Below, piece after piece: positions 8,614 through 18,745 of a stretch of 38,358 nt of DNA (the first letter of the stretch is position 1; the number at the start of each line of letters is the position of its first letter). The notes below the pieces were generated by a model. That model was not told the DNA's origin. It did not search any database and worked only from the letters and a program-made list of their open reading frames with translations. The stretch covers positions 1 to 38,358 of the forward strand of contig PMWA01000021.1 in the NCBI GenBank assembly GCA_003166335.1. The letters run 5' to 3'. This DNA is from Methanobacterium sp. Lineage in GTDB: Archaea > Methanobacteriota > Methanobacteria > Methanobacteriales > Methanobacteriaceae. The position numbers were made by a program, and so were the translations under genes.

Positions 8614-10589
8614 TTTATTTTTTCACCAACAGCAGCGCCTTCTGCACTTAAAACATTAAGAGTATCCTTGGTTGCCAATATCATTCCTTCAGATTTAATA
8701 CCGAAAAGTTTAGCAGGCTTCAGATTTACTAAAATAATTACTTTTTGGTTTAATATATCTTCTGGTGAATAATTTTTAGCGAGACCAGCAACCACCTGTA
8801 ATTTTTTATCTTTCACATCCACTATGAGTTTTAAGAGATTATCAGAATCTTTAACCTTCTCTGCACCAATTATATTCCCTACTCTAAGATCTATTTTGGC
8901 AAAATCTTCTATACTGATTATTTCTTTCACTGTATCAACCTCTTTCTGATTTTGATAAAGGGTTTCTTTCTGCATTCTAATCACTTTATCTTCTATTTTA
9001 GAGAAGATCGGTTCCGCTGGGAGTATTTTATGACCGGATGGAATGAAACTATTGGCAGAATCCCATTCAAGTTTTTCTTCAATATTTAATACTGCAATGA
9101 TTTCCAGAGATTTAACTGGAAGATAAGGATTTAAAACAATAGCTAAAGTTTTACATAGCTGATTGCAAATATATAAAGAAGTAGATGCTATTTCAGGATC
9201 TGATTTCACGGTTTTCCAAGGTTCTTTATCATTAAAGTATTTATTCCCCTGCTTAGCTAATTTAATTATTTCCACTAATCCTTCTCTGAACTTAAAATTT
9301 TCTATATACTCCCCTACTACTATGGGTAGTTTTTTAATTTTATCCACCATTTCCTGGTCGTAGTTATCCATCTGAAATGCTTCAGGAACTTGTCCCTGAT
9401 AAAAGCGGTTGGTGAATGTGAAAGTGCGGTGTAAAAAATTTCCCACCACATCAGCTAATTCATCATTAATTCTTCTTTGGAAGTCATCCCAAGAAAAGTC
9501 AGTGTCTCGGGTGAGTGGAGCGTTAGCCATTAAGTAATACCTTAAAGTATCAGATTCAAATGTTTCCAAGAAATCTGAAGTCCATATAACCCAATTTTTA
9601 CTAGTAGACATTTTACGGCCCTCAAGGGAAAGATAATCCCCTGCAATGATGGTGTAAGGTAATTTACATCCATAAGCCATTAGTAATGCTGGCCAGAATA
9701 TAGAATGATGGTAGATTATGTCTTTACCTATAAAATGGATGGCTTTATCATCCCAATATTTTTTCCAGGATTTATTATTCCGATGAGCCCACAAAGCAGC
9801 GGAGGTAATATACCCTAATAATGCTTCAAGCCAAACATAAATAATTTTACCTTCAGTTTCATCTAATGGTACGGGTATACCCCATTCCATATCTCTAGTT
9901 AGTATCCAATCATTCAAACCTTCTTTAATCCATTGGGAAACATAATTTTTCACGTTAGGAGGTAATGCATCATTTTCATTTAGCCATGATTCAATTTCAT
10001 TTTGGAAATGGCTTAAACGGAAGAAATATTGTTTAGAATCTCTGATTTCAGGGGTTGATTGGCAGATGAGACAACTGGGATCTTGCAGCTGTATAGGATC
10101 CAAGTGCCTGCCGCAAACTTCGCAGTGATCTCCTCGTGCTCCTTCACCACCACAGTAGGGACATACCCCTTCCACGTAACGATCAGGTAGAAAACGATTG
10201 CATTCATCGCAGTAAGGTTGTTTTATGGTTTTAGCATATATGAAACCATCCTGATAAAGTTTTAAAAAGAAGTTTTGAGAGATTTGATAATGCAATGGGT
10301 CTGTAGTTCGAGCGAAATTGTCGAATGAAATATTACAAGATTCCAAGTCGTTTTTTATCATCTGATAATATCTTCCAGCAATTTCTTTAGGTTTTTTACC
10401 TTCTTTTTCCGCTTTCACAGCAATAGGAGTCCCATGTTCATCAGTTGCACATACAAAGAGTACTTCTCGTCCTTTCATACGATTATAACGAGCATAAATA
10501 TCAGCAGGAATATATGTCGATCTTAAATGACCTAGATGAGTGGGACCATTAGCATACGGTAATGCACAAGTAATAAAGACTTTACTCAA
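8610..10589 (-). CDS. metG: Methionine--tRNA ligase with C-terminal tRNA-binding domain
   Basis: ALPYANG, HLGH (HIGH), TDEHG, two zinc knuckles, IGKDI, KMSTS, and a C-terminal Trbp111-like domain ([15 protein letters not shown]); TTG start. Confidence 0.97.
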   Translation of the reverse strand: MSKVFITCALPYANGPTHLGHLRSTYIPADIYARYNRMKGREVLFVCATDEHGTPIAVKAEKEGKKPKEIAGRYYQMIKNDLESCNISFDNFARTTDPLHYQISQNFFLKLYQDGFIYAKTIKQPYCDECNRFLPDRYVEGVCPYCGGEGARGDHCEVCGRHLDPIQLQDPSCLICQSTPEIRDSKQYFFRLSHFQNEIESWLNENDALPPNVKNYVSQWIKEGLNDWILTRDMEWGIPVPLDETEGKIIYVWLEALLGYITSAALWAHRNNKSWKKYWDDKAIHFIGKDIIYHHSIFWPALLMAYGCKLPYTIIAGDYLSLEGRKMSTSKNWVIWTSDFLETFESDTLRYYLMANAPLTRDTDFSWDDFQRRINDELADVVGNFLHRTFTFTNRFYQGQVPEAFQMDNYDQEMVDKIKKLPIVVGEYIENFKFREGLVEIIKLAKQGNKYFNDKEPWKTVKSDPEIASTSLYICNQLCKTLAIVLNPYLPVKSLEIIAVLNIEEKLEWDSANSFIPSGHKILPAEPIFSKIEDKVIRMQKETLYQNQKEVDTVKEIISIEDFAKIDLRVGNIIGAEKVKDSDNLLKLIVDVKDKKLQVVAGLAKNYSPEDILNQKVIILVNLKPAKLFGIKSEGMILATKDTLNVLSAEGAAVGEKIK

Positions 10590-10766
10590 ATTTATTTCCT
10601 CCTAAATTAATCTACAAATATTGACATTAATATCAAAAATATTATAGAATTACTTTCACTTTAACAATATGTAAGAGAGTGAGAATTTATTTTAAACGAT
10701 TTTAATTCACTAGTATATCTGAGATAAACAGTATTAGAAAGTATTATTGTACTTTATTTATAATAT

Positions 10767-10780
10767 TTTTATATATAAAA
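10767..10780. promoter_or_regulatory. Palindromic TATA element between divergent metG and priL
   Basis: Perfect palindrome TTTTATATATAAAA that reads as a TATA box on both strands. Confidence 0.4.
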
Positions 10781-10903
10781 TCTAGCTTCATAAAATTTCT
10801 AAAAATAAATATTTTTTTTATCCGAAAAATTTTTTTTTATTCATTCTACATTTTTTTTTGGATAACTATTATTTTATCTATCGTTGAAAACAAATTATAA
10901 ATC

Positions 10904-12241
10904 ATGGTTTCAGTGGCATTTATTAATCCTCTTTCTGTTGAGGGTCGGCAAGTAGTTAGAGAAATGGGTAATTTAGACTCTTTTCGCGAGGAAAATGGTG
11001 ATATAATAAATGTAGTTATTCACACTAGATCTCAGGATATTTCTGATGAAGAATCCATACCACATAACTATCTAGATTTAGCGGTTAAAAGATTAGAATG
11101 GTACATTAAGAAGAGAAACGATCCTAACTTTGATTATAATAAATATTCATTCCTTTTCAATTATAAAATTACTAGATTTGATGTAATATCCTTTTATTTA
11201 TTATGCCAAGCTGTAGGAGTTAAATTCGGCCCAAATTCCAGAGAGAGCAGGGCTATGGTTGAATCTCAGGGAAAACTTATGGAAAGTCGTTTGAGTGAGT
11301 TTTCAAGAATTGATCGGGAAGAATTAATTAAAAAGATATTAGATAGCCTCTTGAATGATGAAAGAGTGAAATGGACTTTCTTTGAGGATATTCTTAGTTC
11401 ACATAAACTCAAATTAGAGGATCTGGTAATGGATCATGGGAATATAATATTGAACAAAGAAGATTTCATTGAAAGCTTCAGTTCCAAAATTCAGCATAGA
11501 GACCCGGATAAGATTTATAATATGATGATAGGGGATAAAATAAAGGAACTTATCATGAATAGGATGATTATGCAGAAAACCGAGGATTACATATATAAAG
11601 TTCATCAAAAATCCAGGAGAGAGATAGAACCTAATCCAATACTTTTAGAATTGGCAGAAAAAGTATCGAATGTTTTAAGCGAATCATTCACAAGTTACGG
11701 GTATAAAGTTGGAGTTAATGGTGAAGTTAAAGCTGCTCCATTAAATTCTAATGCATTTCCTCCCTGTGTTAAATTGGTTTTAGAAGGTATGAAATCAGGG
11801 GGAAGGAATGATGCCATAATTCTCTTCTTCACGCCCTTTGTATCTTATGCACGTCTTTATCCGGATGTGTTCCGTAAAAATGTAACTGTTAAAGTTTCAG
11901 ATGTAGATCCAAACTTATCTGTGGTGCAAAATGAAATATTACCGCTAGTGTATGGTGCGGCTGAGCAGTGTACTCCTCCTTTATTTGAGGATCAGCCACA
12001 GGAGAAAGTTAACATTAATGCTAAACTTGGTTTTGGAATGCACACTACAGTGGATCTTAAACATGAAGGTGAATCCATATGGTATACTCCTATGAGTTGT
12101 GAAAAAGTTAAATTACATCTTCCAAGTCTTTGTAAACCTGATAAAACTTGTAAAAGGATTGGAAACCCGCTTTCTTACTATATCAGGAAATTATGGGAAT
12201 CAGGAGAAACTAATGGTGATCATGAGGGTAATGAAGAATAA
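10904..12241 (+). CDS. priL: DNA primase large subunit
   Basis: FPPCV, GGRN, and C-terminal Fe-S-type Cys pattern (C..PP, SCEK, LC..DKTC, NPLSYY); directly upstream of priS. Confidence 0.88.
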   Translation: MVSVAFINPLSVEGRQVVREMGNLDSFREENGDIINVVIHTRSQDISDEESIPHNYLDLAVKRLEWYIKKRNDPNFDYNKYSFLFNYKITRFDVISFYLLCQAVGVKFGPNSRESRAMVESQGKLMESRLSEFSRIDREELIKKILDSLLNDERVKWTFFEDILSSHKLKLEDLVMDHGNIILNKEDFIESFSSKIQHRDPDKIYNMMIGDKIKELIMNRMIMQKTEDYIYKVHQKSRREIEPNPILLELAEKVSNVLSESFTSYGYKVGVNGEVKAAPLNSNAFPPCVKLVLEGMKSGGRNDAIILFFTPFVSYARLYPDVFRKNVTVKVSDVDPNLSVVQNEILPLVYGAAEQCTPPLFEDQPQEKVNINAKLGFGMHTTVDLKHEGESIWYTPMSCEKVKLHLPSLCKPDKTCKRIGNPLSYYIRKLWESGETNGDHEGNEE

Positions 12242-12302
12242 TTCATCTTATTTTTGATATAAACATTTTTTAATAAAATCGTAATTTGGAAAGGTAATTA
12301 AA

Positions 12303-13280
12303 TTGGTAGAAAATCATCATCTGAAACCAGCCACTACTGAAGAACGGCGCATATATTACAGGGAGGAATGGAATGTAGAGGAAATCCCGGATTTCATAAA
12401 GAATTCATTGGATAAAAGAGAATTCGGATTTGATCATTTAGGTCGTGGACCTAATGATCGTTATCGGGTATTCGGGTCTTTAGATTTGTTAAGGAAATTT
12501 TTAAGATACCGTACACCATTCGCTGCTTATTCTTCTGTGGCTTTTTATGAGAAACCTCGCCGAAGGGATGGTTGGATTAAATCGGAGTTAGTGTTTGATG
12601 TAGATGCTAAGGATATTCCTTTAAGAAAATGCAACTGTAAGGGTGTATGTGAAGTATGTTTAAATCAGGCACAGGAGATCGTCTGTAGTTTAATGGATAT
12701 ATTGGAAGGGGATTTGGGTCTTAATGATATTCATGTAATTTATTCAGGGAGAGGTTACCATCTGCGTGTGCTTGATGAATCGGTGATGAAGATGAGTAGT
12801 GAAGTAAGAGGGCAGATTGTTAAATATATTATCGGGGCGGAAGTTCCTCAAAGTGAATATGCAGGTGATGGTATGACTTATAAATTGGAACACTTCTCCT
12901 TGCCCTTTGGATATCCACAAGTATTCACAGAGAGAGTTAAATATGCTATTCTTCATATAACTGAATCCACAGAAATTGATGGAGTTAATAATAAATTATT
13001 AAAAGATGTTATTAAATACTGTAAATATATAAATGATGATGAATGGGGACTTTTTAGGGGAAAAGTGGGCCCCATCAGATATCAGAGATTAATTAAGGGT
13101 ATAGCTTCTTTAAATATGGGATGGGTGGATGCCAAAGTTTCCATAGACCTTAAAAGAATTTTACGTCTTCCATCTTCCCTGCATTCCATGGTTAGCATGA
13201 AGTGCATGGAAGTGAATAACCTGGAGAATTTTGATCCATTCCGTGATGCAGTTCCCCGTTTTGTTTATGAAAGAAAATAA
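12303..13280 (+). CDS. priS: DNA primase small (catalytic) subunit
   Basis: REFGF, ELVFDVD, zinc knuckle CNC..VCEVC, YSGRGYH, RILRLPSSLH; TTG start. Confidence 0.96.
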   Translation: MVENHHLKPATTEERRIYYREEWNVEEIPDFIKNSLDKREFGFDHLGRGPNDRYRVFGSLDLLRKFLRYRTPFAAYSSVAFYEKPRRRDGWIKSELVFDVDAKDIPLRKCNCKGVCEVCLNQAQEIVCSLMDILEGDLGLNDIHVIYSGRGYHLRVLDESVMKMSSEVRGQIVKYIIGAEVPQSEYAGDGMTYKLEHFSLPFGYPQVFTERVKYAILHITESTEIDGVNNKLLKDVIKYCKYINDDEWGLFRGKVGPIRYQRLIKGIASLNMGWVDAKVSIDLKRILRLPSSLHSMVSMKCMEVNNLENFDPFRDAVPRFVYERK

Positions 13281-13737
13281 TTTAATAAAAACTATTTAAA
13301 AAAATTCCTAATAATAGCTTTTCTGAGATTTTACTTTAATTATGTGATACTATCCGATTTTTTTTGAATAAAATATAATTGCTTATTTTTGGTGTTAATA
13401 GGCGTTAAAGAATCTTCAAATAAGTTTCCATAAATCCGTTCTGTATCCATACTGTTTGATGTTTAATACTAAATTATTTCTATCATAAATTTCATATTAA
13501 TAGTACAAATCGTATATAAATGTAAGTTGTCTTGATATAACAACATCTATTAAGACTAAATTAACTCGAAAACTCATAAAAAACCTCAAGTTAAACGGAA
13601 ATAATGTTTTAAAGTTATTATTTTGAAGGGATTATAAAAAACGAAAATAAATCCCATAAATAATTGTGAAAAAATATAATTCTCGATAAAAAAGAATCTT
13701 TTCTAAGAAAATTTTAAATCTAAAATAAAAGTTTGAG

Positions 13738-15348
13738 GTGAGTAAAATCAATGCACATGACGGTGAAGGTTATGAAGTCGTTTTAACCGCTGACAGAACA
13801 CTTATGAGTCATTATAATGGCTTAGTATTCCTAGGTTTTAGTGCCTGTGTACCTAAAGGATTGATACCAGATATAATGTATTTTTCGATGCTCTGTCCAT
13901 CCATCGAATCCAATAATGATGGATCAGTTAAATATGCCCCCTGTGGAACAAGGAAAATTGAAGCTGCACTGTTAAATAAGGGCTTCAAAAGGGAAGACGT
14001 TATTGTAGCACATCCTGAACATTTAGATAAAGTAATTGGTCCAAACACTAAAGTATTGGCGATAAGTGGATTTGATCCTCTTGGAATTGCACCTGCCACT
14101 TCAACATTTACACAGCTCCTTGGAGGCAATAATAATTACATGTCAGTGAAGTTTGAAGAATTATTAAATCATCCTGCAGTACAACATTATCAGCCGAAAA
14201 TTATTGTAGGTGGGCCTGGAGCCTGGCAGCTAGAAGATGATGAACCTCGAAATAGACTAGGATTAGATTGTGTAGTTATTGGTGAAGGGGAAAAAGTGGT
14301 GGATACCCTCTTTAAGAAAGCAATAAATGGAGAAGAAATTCCAAATATTGTCCATGGAGAAGTACTTGAAGAGGAAGAGATACCTAGTATTAAAGAGCCA
14401 ACTATAGAAGGAATTGTTGAGATCGCTCGCGGATGCGGTCGTGGCTGTGCATTTTGCGTTACAACACTCCAGCGCTATCGTTGTTTGCCAATTGAACATA
14501 TATTAGAAGAAGTAGAAGTTAACCTCAGGGCTGGAAAACAACCAATACTTCACGCAGAAGATGTACTCAGATACAAGGCTAAAGGTTTCAATGTTAACAA
14601 AGAAGCTGTAACTGACTTATTCAGGCAAGTACATGATTATCCTGGCGTTGAAGCAGTGGCTATGAGTCATTTCGCGTTATCATCCGTTGCCAGCGCCTCT
14701 GAAGTAGTTGAGGAAGTTTCAAACATTCTCGGAGCCAATAAAAATGAATGGTTAACCGGTCAAACAGGAATAGAAACTGGCAGTCCAAAGTTGATTAATG
14801 ATGGTATGAAAGGTAAATGCAAGCCTTTCAAACCTGAGGATTGGCCAGAAGTTGTGGTTAATGCATTCCAGATTTTATCTGATAATAATTGGGTACCGAT
14901 TGCAACATTAATTATTGGACTTCCAGGTGAGGATGAAAACGATGTACAATTGACTATAGATTTGATTAGTGAATTAACTGATTTTAAGAGTATTATTATT
15001 CCACTTTTCTTTGTCTCGGAAGGTAGATTAGAGGGATTAAAGTCATTTTCAGTAGAGGAGATGACACATAAACAATGTGAACTTATGTTAAGGTGTTGGG
15101 AACATAGTCAGAACTGGACAGAAACTTTACTCGATGAATATTTTCATATGACTAATGTTAATTCTATTAGTACGTTCGGTGCGAAGCGAGTGTTTACTTA
15201 TGCTCTTGGAAAATCTAGGAAGCTAGTGAAAATGTGTGAAGATGATTATGGGTATGATATACAAAAAATGCTCCAAGATGCTAGAAATGGTGAGATTACC
15301 ATGATACCTAAACCGTTACAAGTCATCTATAATCATTTCGTACAATAA
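13738..15348 (+). CDS. B12-binding-domain radical SAM protein, Grs/Gms (GDGT lipid modifying)-like family
   Basis: CxxxCxxC (RGCGRGCAFC), IIVGGPGAWQ, VVIGEGE, GIETGS, IIGLPGE; N-terminal VLTADR...LGFSACVP...AP.G.RKIEAAL signature; GTG start. Confidence 0.8.
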   Translation: MSKINAHDGEGYEVVLTADRTLMSHYNGLVFLGFSACVPKGLIPDIMYFSMLCPSIESNNDGSVKYAPCGTRKIEAALLNKGFKREDVIVAHPEHLDKVIGPNTKVLAISGFDPLGIAPATSTFTQLLGGNNNYMSVKFEELLNHPAVQHYQPKIIVGGPGAWQLEDDEPRNRLGLDCVVIGEGEKVVDTLFKKAINGEEIPNIVHGEVLEEEEIPSIKEPTIEGIVEIARGCGRGCAFCVTTLQRYRCLPIEHILEEVEVNLRAGKQPILHAEDVLRYKAKGFNVNKEAVTDLFRQVHDYPGVEAVAMSHFALSSVASASEVVEEVSNILGANKNEWLTGQTGIETGSPKLINDGMKGKCKPFKPEDWPEVVVNAFQILSDNNWVPIATLIIGLPGEDENDVQLTIDLISELTDFKSIIIPLFFVSEGRLEGLKSFSVEEMTHKQCELMLRCWEHSQNWTETLLDEYFHMTNVNSISTFGAKRVFTYALGKSRKLVKMCEDDYGYDIQKMLQDARNGEITMIPKPLQVIYNHFVQ

Positions 15349-15560
15349 AGAAAACTTGATAGAGAATTCTTTTGGTGATTAGTCTATTATAGAACTGATT
15401 TATTATTTCAATAATGCATTAAAAAATTAAAATGTAAACAAAGAGAAATGTGACAAATTATCTTTATTTGAAATAGTGCCCAAAAAAAGGGTTGAAAGAA
15501 CAAAGTCCAGTTTATATCTATTAAAAATTTAAATAATTTTATATCATTTAAAGACGGTAT

Positions 15561-16943
15561 TTATCTCCATAAAATCTCGCTTTTATTTAAATAAGTGTGT
15601 AAAAATGTTAATACAAGATTATTATATTTATTGGATTCTAAAAGTTCCATTAAATCAGTTAATTTATGTTCTTTTAAAATTTCATTTTTTACATGTTTTC
15701 CAAATCTAAGGTAACCGATTTTTATATCTGTTAAGGAAACTTCTAGAAGAGATTCCACTTCAGGATATTCTCTTTCCACTGCTGCAACCCATCTATCGCC
15801 TTCAATCCACGCTTTATCTTTATATTTCTTTAAATATTTTTCTTGATCATCTTTAAACCATAATTGGGGTCCATAATGTTTTTTAATCTTAGGAAGTTTC
15901 CAGATGCTGAATTCTAAAAGTATAATGACTAATTTTTTCTCATCACTCCATGAATCACTGCCAAAAATTTTAAATCCCTTTCTTTCCATCAAATTAACTA
16001 TTGACTTTTCAGTTTTTCTAATCTGAGGATATAATGCATCAATAGGTACATCAGGAGTTTTGAATGATAATAGTAAAGTTTTGGTACCTCTTTTAGTGAA
16101 TTCCTTTTTTATACTATTTAAATGAGCTGTTACATCTTTAAAATAAAAATATAATGTGGATGGTTTTTTAAGATAATTTCGCGAGGCTGCTACAAACTCT
16201 GACATTTTCTGCAGGCTTACAGCTGCGGCTACGTTTCTGTTTTTATCTACGGGATCAATTACTACTAATGGTTCGTTGAATAATGGAGAATTATCATATT
16301 CAATTAGATCTATATGATATCCGGGTTTCCATTCAGTAGAAGCGGATTCTAAAACTTGTTCAAAAGAATTATAATGTAGGATTAAGAGTTCACAGAGGTA
16401 ACCAGCGAAGCCTCCTACCTTGAATTCTGATCCATAGGTTCCAATGGATTTCATGAATTGTTTGAGTAATATTACTTCATCGGCTTGTTGGTGATTTAAA
16501 TTTTTTTTAACGTATTTAGTATGGGGTATGGTTCGATCTACCGCTGATTTAAGTTCTTTGGGATGTTTTATATTATAGCAGGGTACAAAATCAATTTCAT
16601 GACCATCTATAAGTCCTGTAATATAAGGATGAGATGCATAACGACATTCATATTTTCCATTCATTTTCTTTATACATTTATACCCTAAATGTAAGCCTTT
16701 TTCTTTAAGATAATCCGGAGAAGTGTTTAAAGGAAATTTTATGAATAAATCAATATCAGCTTTTCCAAGCCAAGTATTTTTAGCAACAGAACCCACTAAT
16801 ACTGTTTCTGCATTTATATTTTCATCTATTGTAATTTGATTTATTATACTAATTAATTTGTTTGATAGAGACTTCACCTTATTTATTTCACTTTTTGAAG
16901 GCTTTATTTCCTCTAAAATCTTTTTATAATCTATTTTAGTCAC
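15561..16943 (-). CDS. cca: CCA-adding enzyme, archaeal class I
   Basis: VGSVAKNTWL..ADIDLF, YASHPY, SAVDRTIPH, GGFAGYLCELL, DPVDKNRNVAAA. Confidence 0.96.
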   Translation of the reverse strand: MTKIDYKKILEEIKPSKSEINKVKSLSNKLISIINQITIDENINAETVLVGSVAKNTWLGKADIDLFIKFPLNTSPDYLKEKGLHLGYKCIKKMNGKYECRYASHPYITGLIDGHEIDFVPCYNIKHPKELKSAVDRTIPHTKYVKKNLNHQQADEVILLKQFMKSIGTYGSEFKVGGFAGYLCELLILHYNSFEQVLESASTEWKPGYHIDLIEYDNSPLFNEPLVVIDPVDKNRNVAAAVSLQKMSEFVAASRNYLKKPSTLYFYFKDVTAHLNSIKKEFTKRGTKTLLLSFKTPDVPIDALYPQIRKTEKSIVNLMERKGFKIFGSDSWSDEKKLVIILLEFSIWKLPKIKKHYGPQLWFKDDQEKYLKKYKDKAWIEGDRWVAAVEREYPEVESLLEVSLTDIKIGYLRFGKHVKNEILKEHKLTDLMELLESNKYNNLVLTFLHTYLNKSEILWR

Positions 16944-17086
16944 AAGAAGTCACCTTAAGAAAATATGAATTAAATGATTGTTTATTTATAAGTTTTGAAT
17001 AGTTGATTTATATTTTATTTATCAAACATAAAAGTTAAAAAAAAAATTTTTAGATTTAATTGTAAATTAAATAATCTTATTTTTTT

Positions 17087-17635
17087 TTAGAGTTTAAATT
17101 CTTTTAAGTTAGTATAAATAGGACCGACAGGTGTCAGTTCACTTTTTTTAAGCACTAATTTATCCACCAACATATCTCCAATATAAACATTCTCCATTTC
17201 CTTAATTAGATTAATTAGAGCTTCTTTATTCTTTGCTCCTTTAACTCTAGCTATGGTTAAATGGGGAATGTAACTTTTCTCCTTTTTAAAACCTAATTTC
17301 AGAAATTCCTCATCTAAATCCATTTGCATCCGTGAGTAAGCTTCTGTGTTTTCCACACCCAACCAGAGCACCCTTATATATCCGGAATGAGGGAAAAAAC
17401 CAGTTTTTTTAATGGAAAGTTTAAAAGGCTCGTATTCCACGATTTTATTTTCGATCATTACTTTTATGTCTTCTACTTTACTATCTGAGATTTCACCTAA
17501 GAATTTAAGGGTGAAATGGAGATTTTCAGGTTCTACAAATTTGAGTTGAGCATTTGCACCCATGATTCTCTTTTGAACTTGGGATACTTCATCTTCTAGT
17601 TTTTCATCTAAATCCACAGCTAAAAAAGCTCTCAT
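17087..17635 (-). CDS. thpR: RNA 2',3'-cyclic phosphodiesterase (2H family)
   Basis: MRAFLAV, HFTLKFLG and PHLTIARVK (two HxT motifs), GPIY. Confidence 0.95.
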   Translation of the reverse strand: MRAFLAVDLDEKLEDEVSQVQKRIMGANAQLKFVEPENLHFTLKFLGEISDSKVEDIKVMIENKIVEYEPFKLSIKKTGFFPHSGYIRVLWLGVENTEAYSRMQMDLDEEFLKLGFKKEKSYIPHLTIARVKGAKNKEALINLIKEMENVYIGDMLVDKLVLKKSELTPVGPIYTNLKEFKL

Positions 17636-17641
17636 ATCCGT

Positions 17642-18584
17642 TCACCTTTTTCCTAATTCTATTATCCTACTAAGACTTTCAGCGGGTTTTTCTATAGTAT
17701 TCAAAACATGTACATTTACTCTGGAGAATAAATCTAAGAAAAACTTTTTTCTAAGGTTAAACTTTCTTTCATCCCTAACAAGTTGGTGAGGATTACAGAA
17801 ATCCTTTTCTACATTGAAATTCAATGCTTCATCAACATTTAAATCTCTAAATACAGGATTATCAGGATTCCTCTCTAATAATACCACACTTTTTAGAGTT
17901 GAACTTTCCCTTACTCGTTCCTTGAATAAAGTGTTTACATCTGCGATTCCCCTGCTGTGAGGATCGAGTTTAACTTGCTTCAATATCAAAGAAAAAACTC
18001 TTCCAAACATTTTCAATATCATCTCGAATGTATGAATTTTTTTCTGATGAATACACAACCACTCTATTATCAAATAGCCGGGTGAAAAACCAGTCATCGG
18101 AGATGTAATTAAATTCATCATCTTGTAACAATCCATAAGTTAATGTTGTTTTACCAGTTCCTGGAGGTCCAATAATAGCCATTCCATGACCAGAACAATC
18201 CACAACTGATCCATGGACTGAATATCTTCTATGAACGGAATGATATTCCTCAAAAAAATCTGAAATAGCAGCCAAGGCAATGCTCTTAATCCAACCATAA
18301 TAATCAGTATTTTTAATAATACAAGTCTTAGAGATGGGTTCATACATTACACTAAGATTACCGCCGTCTTCAATAGAGAATACTTTAGCGTGAGGTCGTA
18401 TATCTTCACTCATAAATTTAAAATTATCTTCCCATTCTTCTTTAAACTCATGGTTATCCGTTAATAATTTGACGCAGGCTCCATGAATATTAGCTTTTCT
18501 TTCAAATTTAACTTTAGCTACAACTTCCTGGAATAGATCATCTTTCATTTGAGGAGTTATCAATTCTACTTCATAGCCATCCAT
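17642..18584 (-). pseudogene. HPr-kinase/PEPCK-like P-loop kinase split by a single frameshift (real lesion or assembly error)
   Basis: ORF 17970..18584 carries HGSVV...IIGPPGTGKTT...ISDDW and continues in the +1 frame of ORF 17642..18136. Removing one base from the A6 run at 17992-17997 gives a continuous 313-aa protein. Confidence 0.8.
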
Positions 18585-18745
18585 ATTATAACACTCTAAA
18601 ACTTTTTTTTGAATAAAAAAAAATAATTCAAATTAGATTTTAAACAATTATTATTATGGTTTCAGGAAATATAAAACCATTTTAATGCACTATTCATCTA
18701 AAAAAAAGCTAAGGAAAAAATTCTTAATCAAAAAAAAGTTTTATT

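Noticed and set aside
13340..13450. 36-aa minus-strand ORF MDTERIYGNLFEDSLTP...
   Set aside because: No SD site, no recognisable motif, and a length compatible with chance.
15466..15498. ATTTGAAATAGTGCCCAAAAAAAGGGTTGAAAG resembles a CRISPR repeat (short hairpin plus TTGAAAG 3' end)
   Set aside because: Single copy, no spacers, no cas genes in the window.
17642..18136. 164-aa ORF as an independent gene
   Set aside because: Its first ~45 codons are an out-of-frame overlap; the rest is the C-terminal half of the frameshifted kinase.
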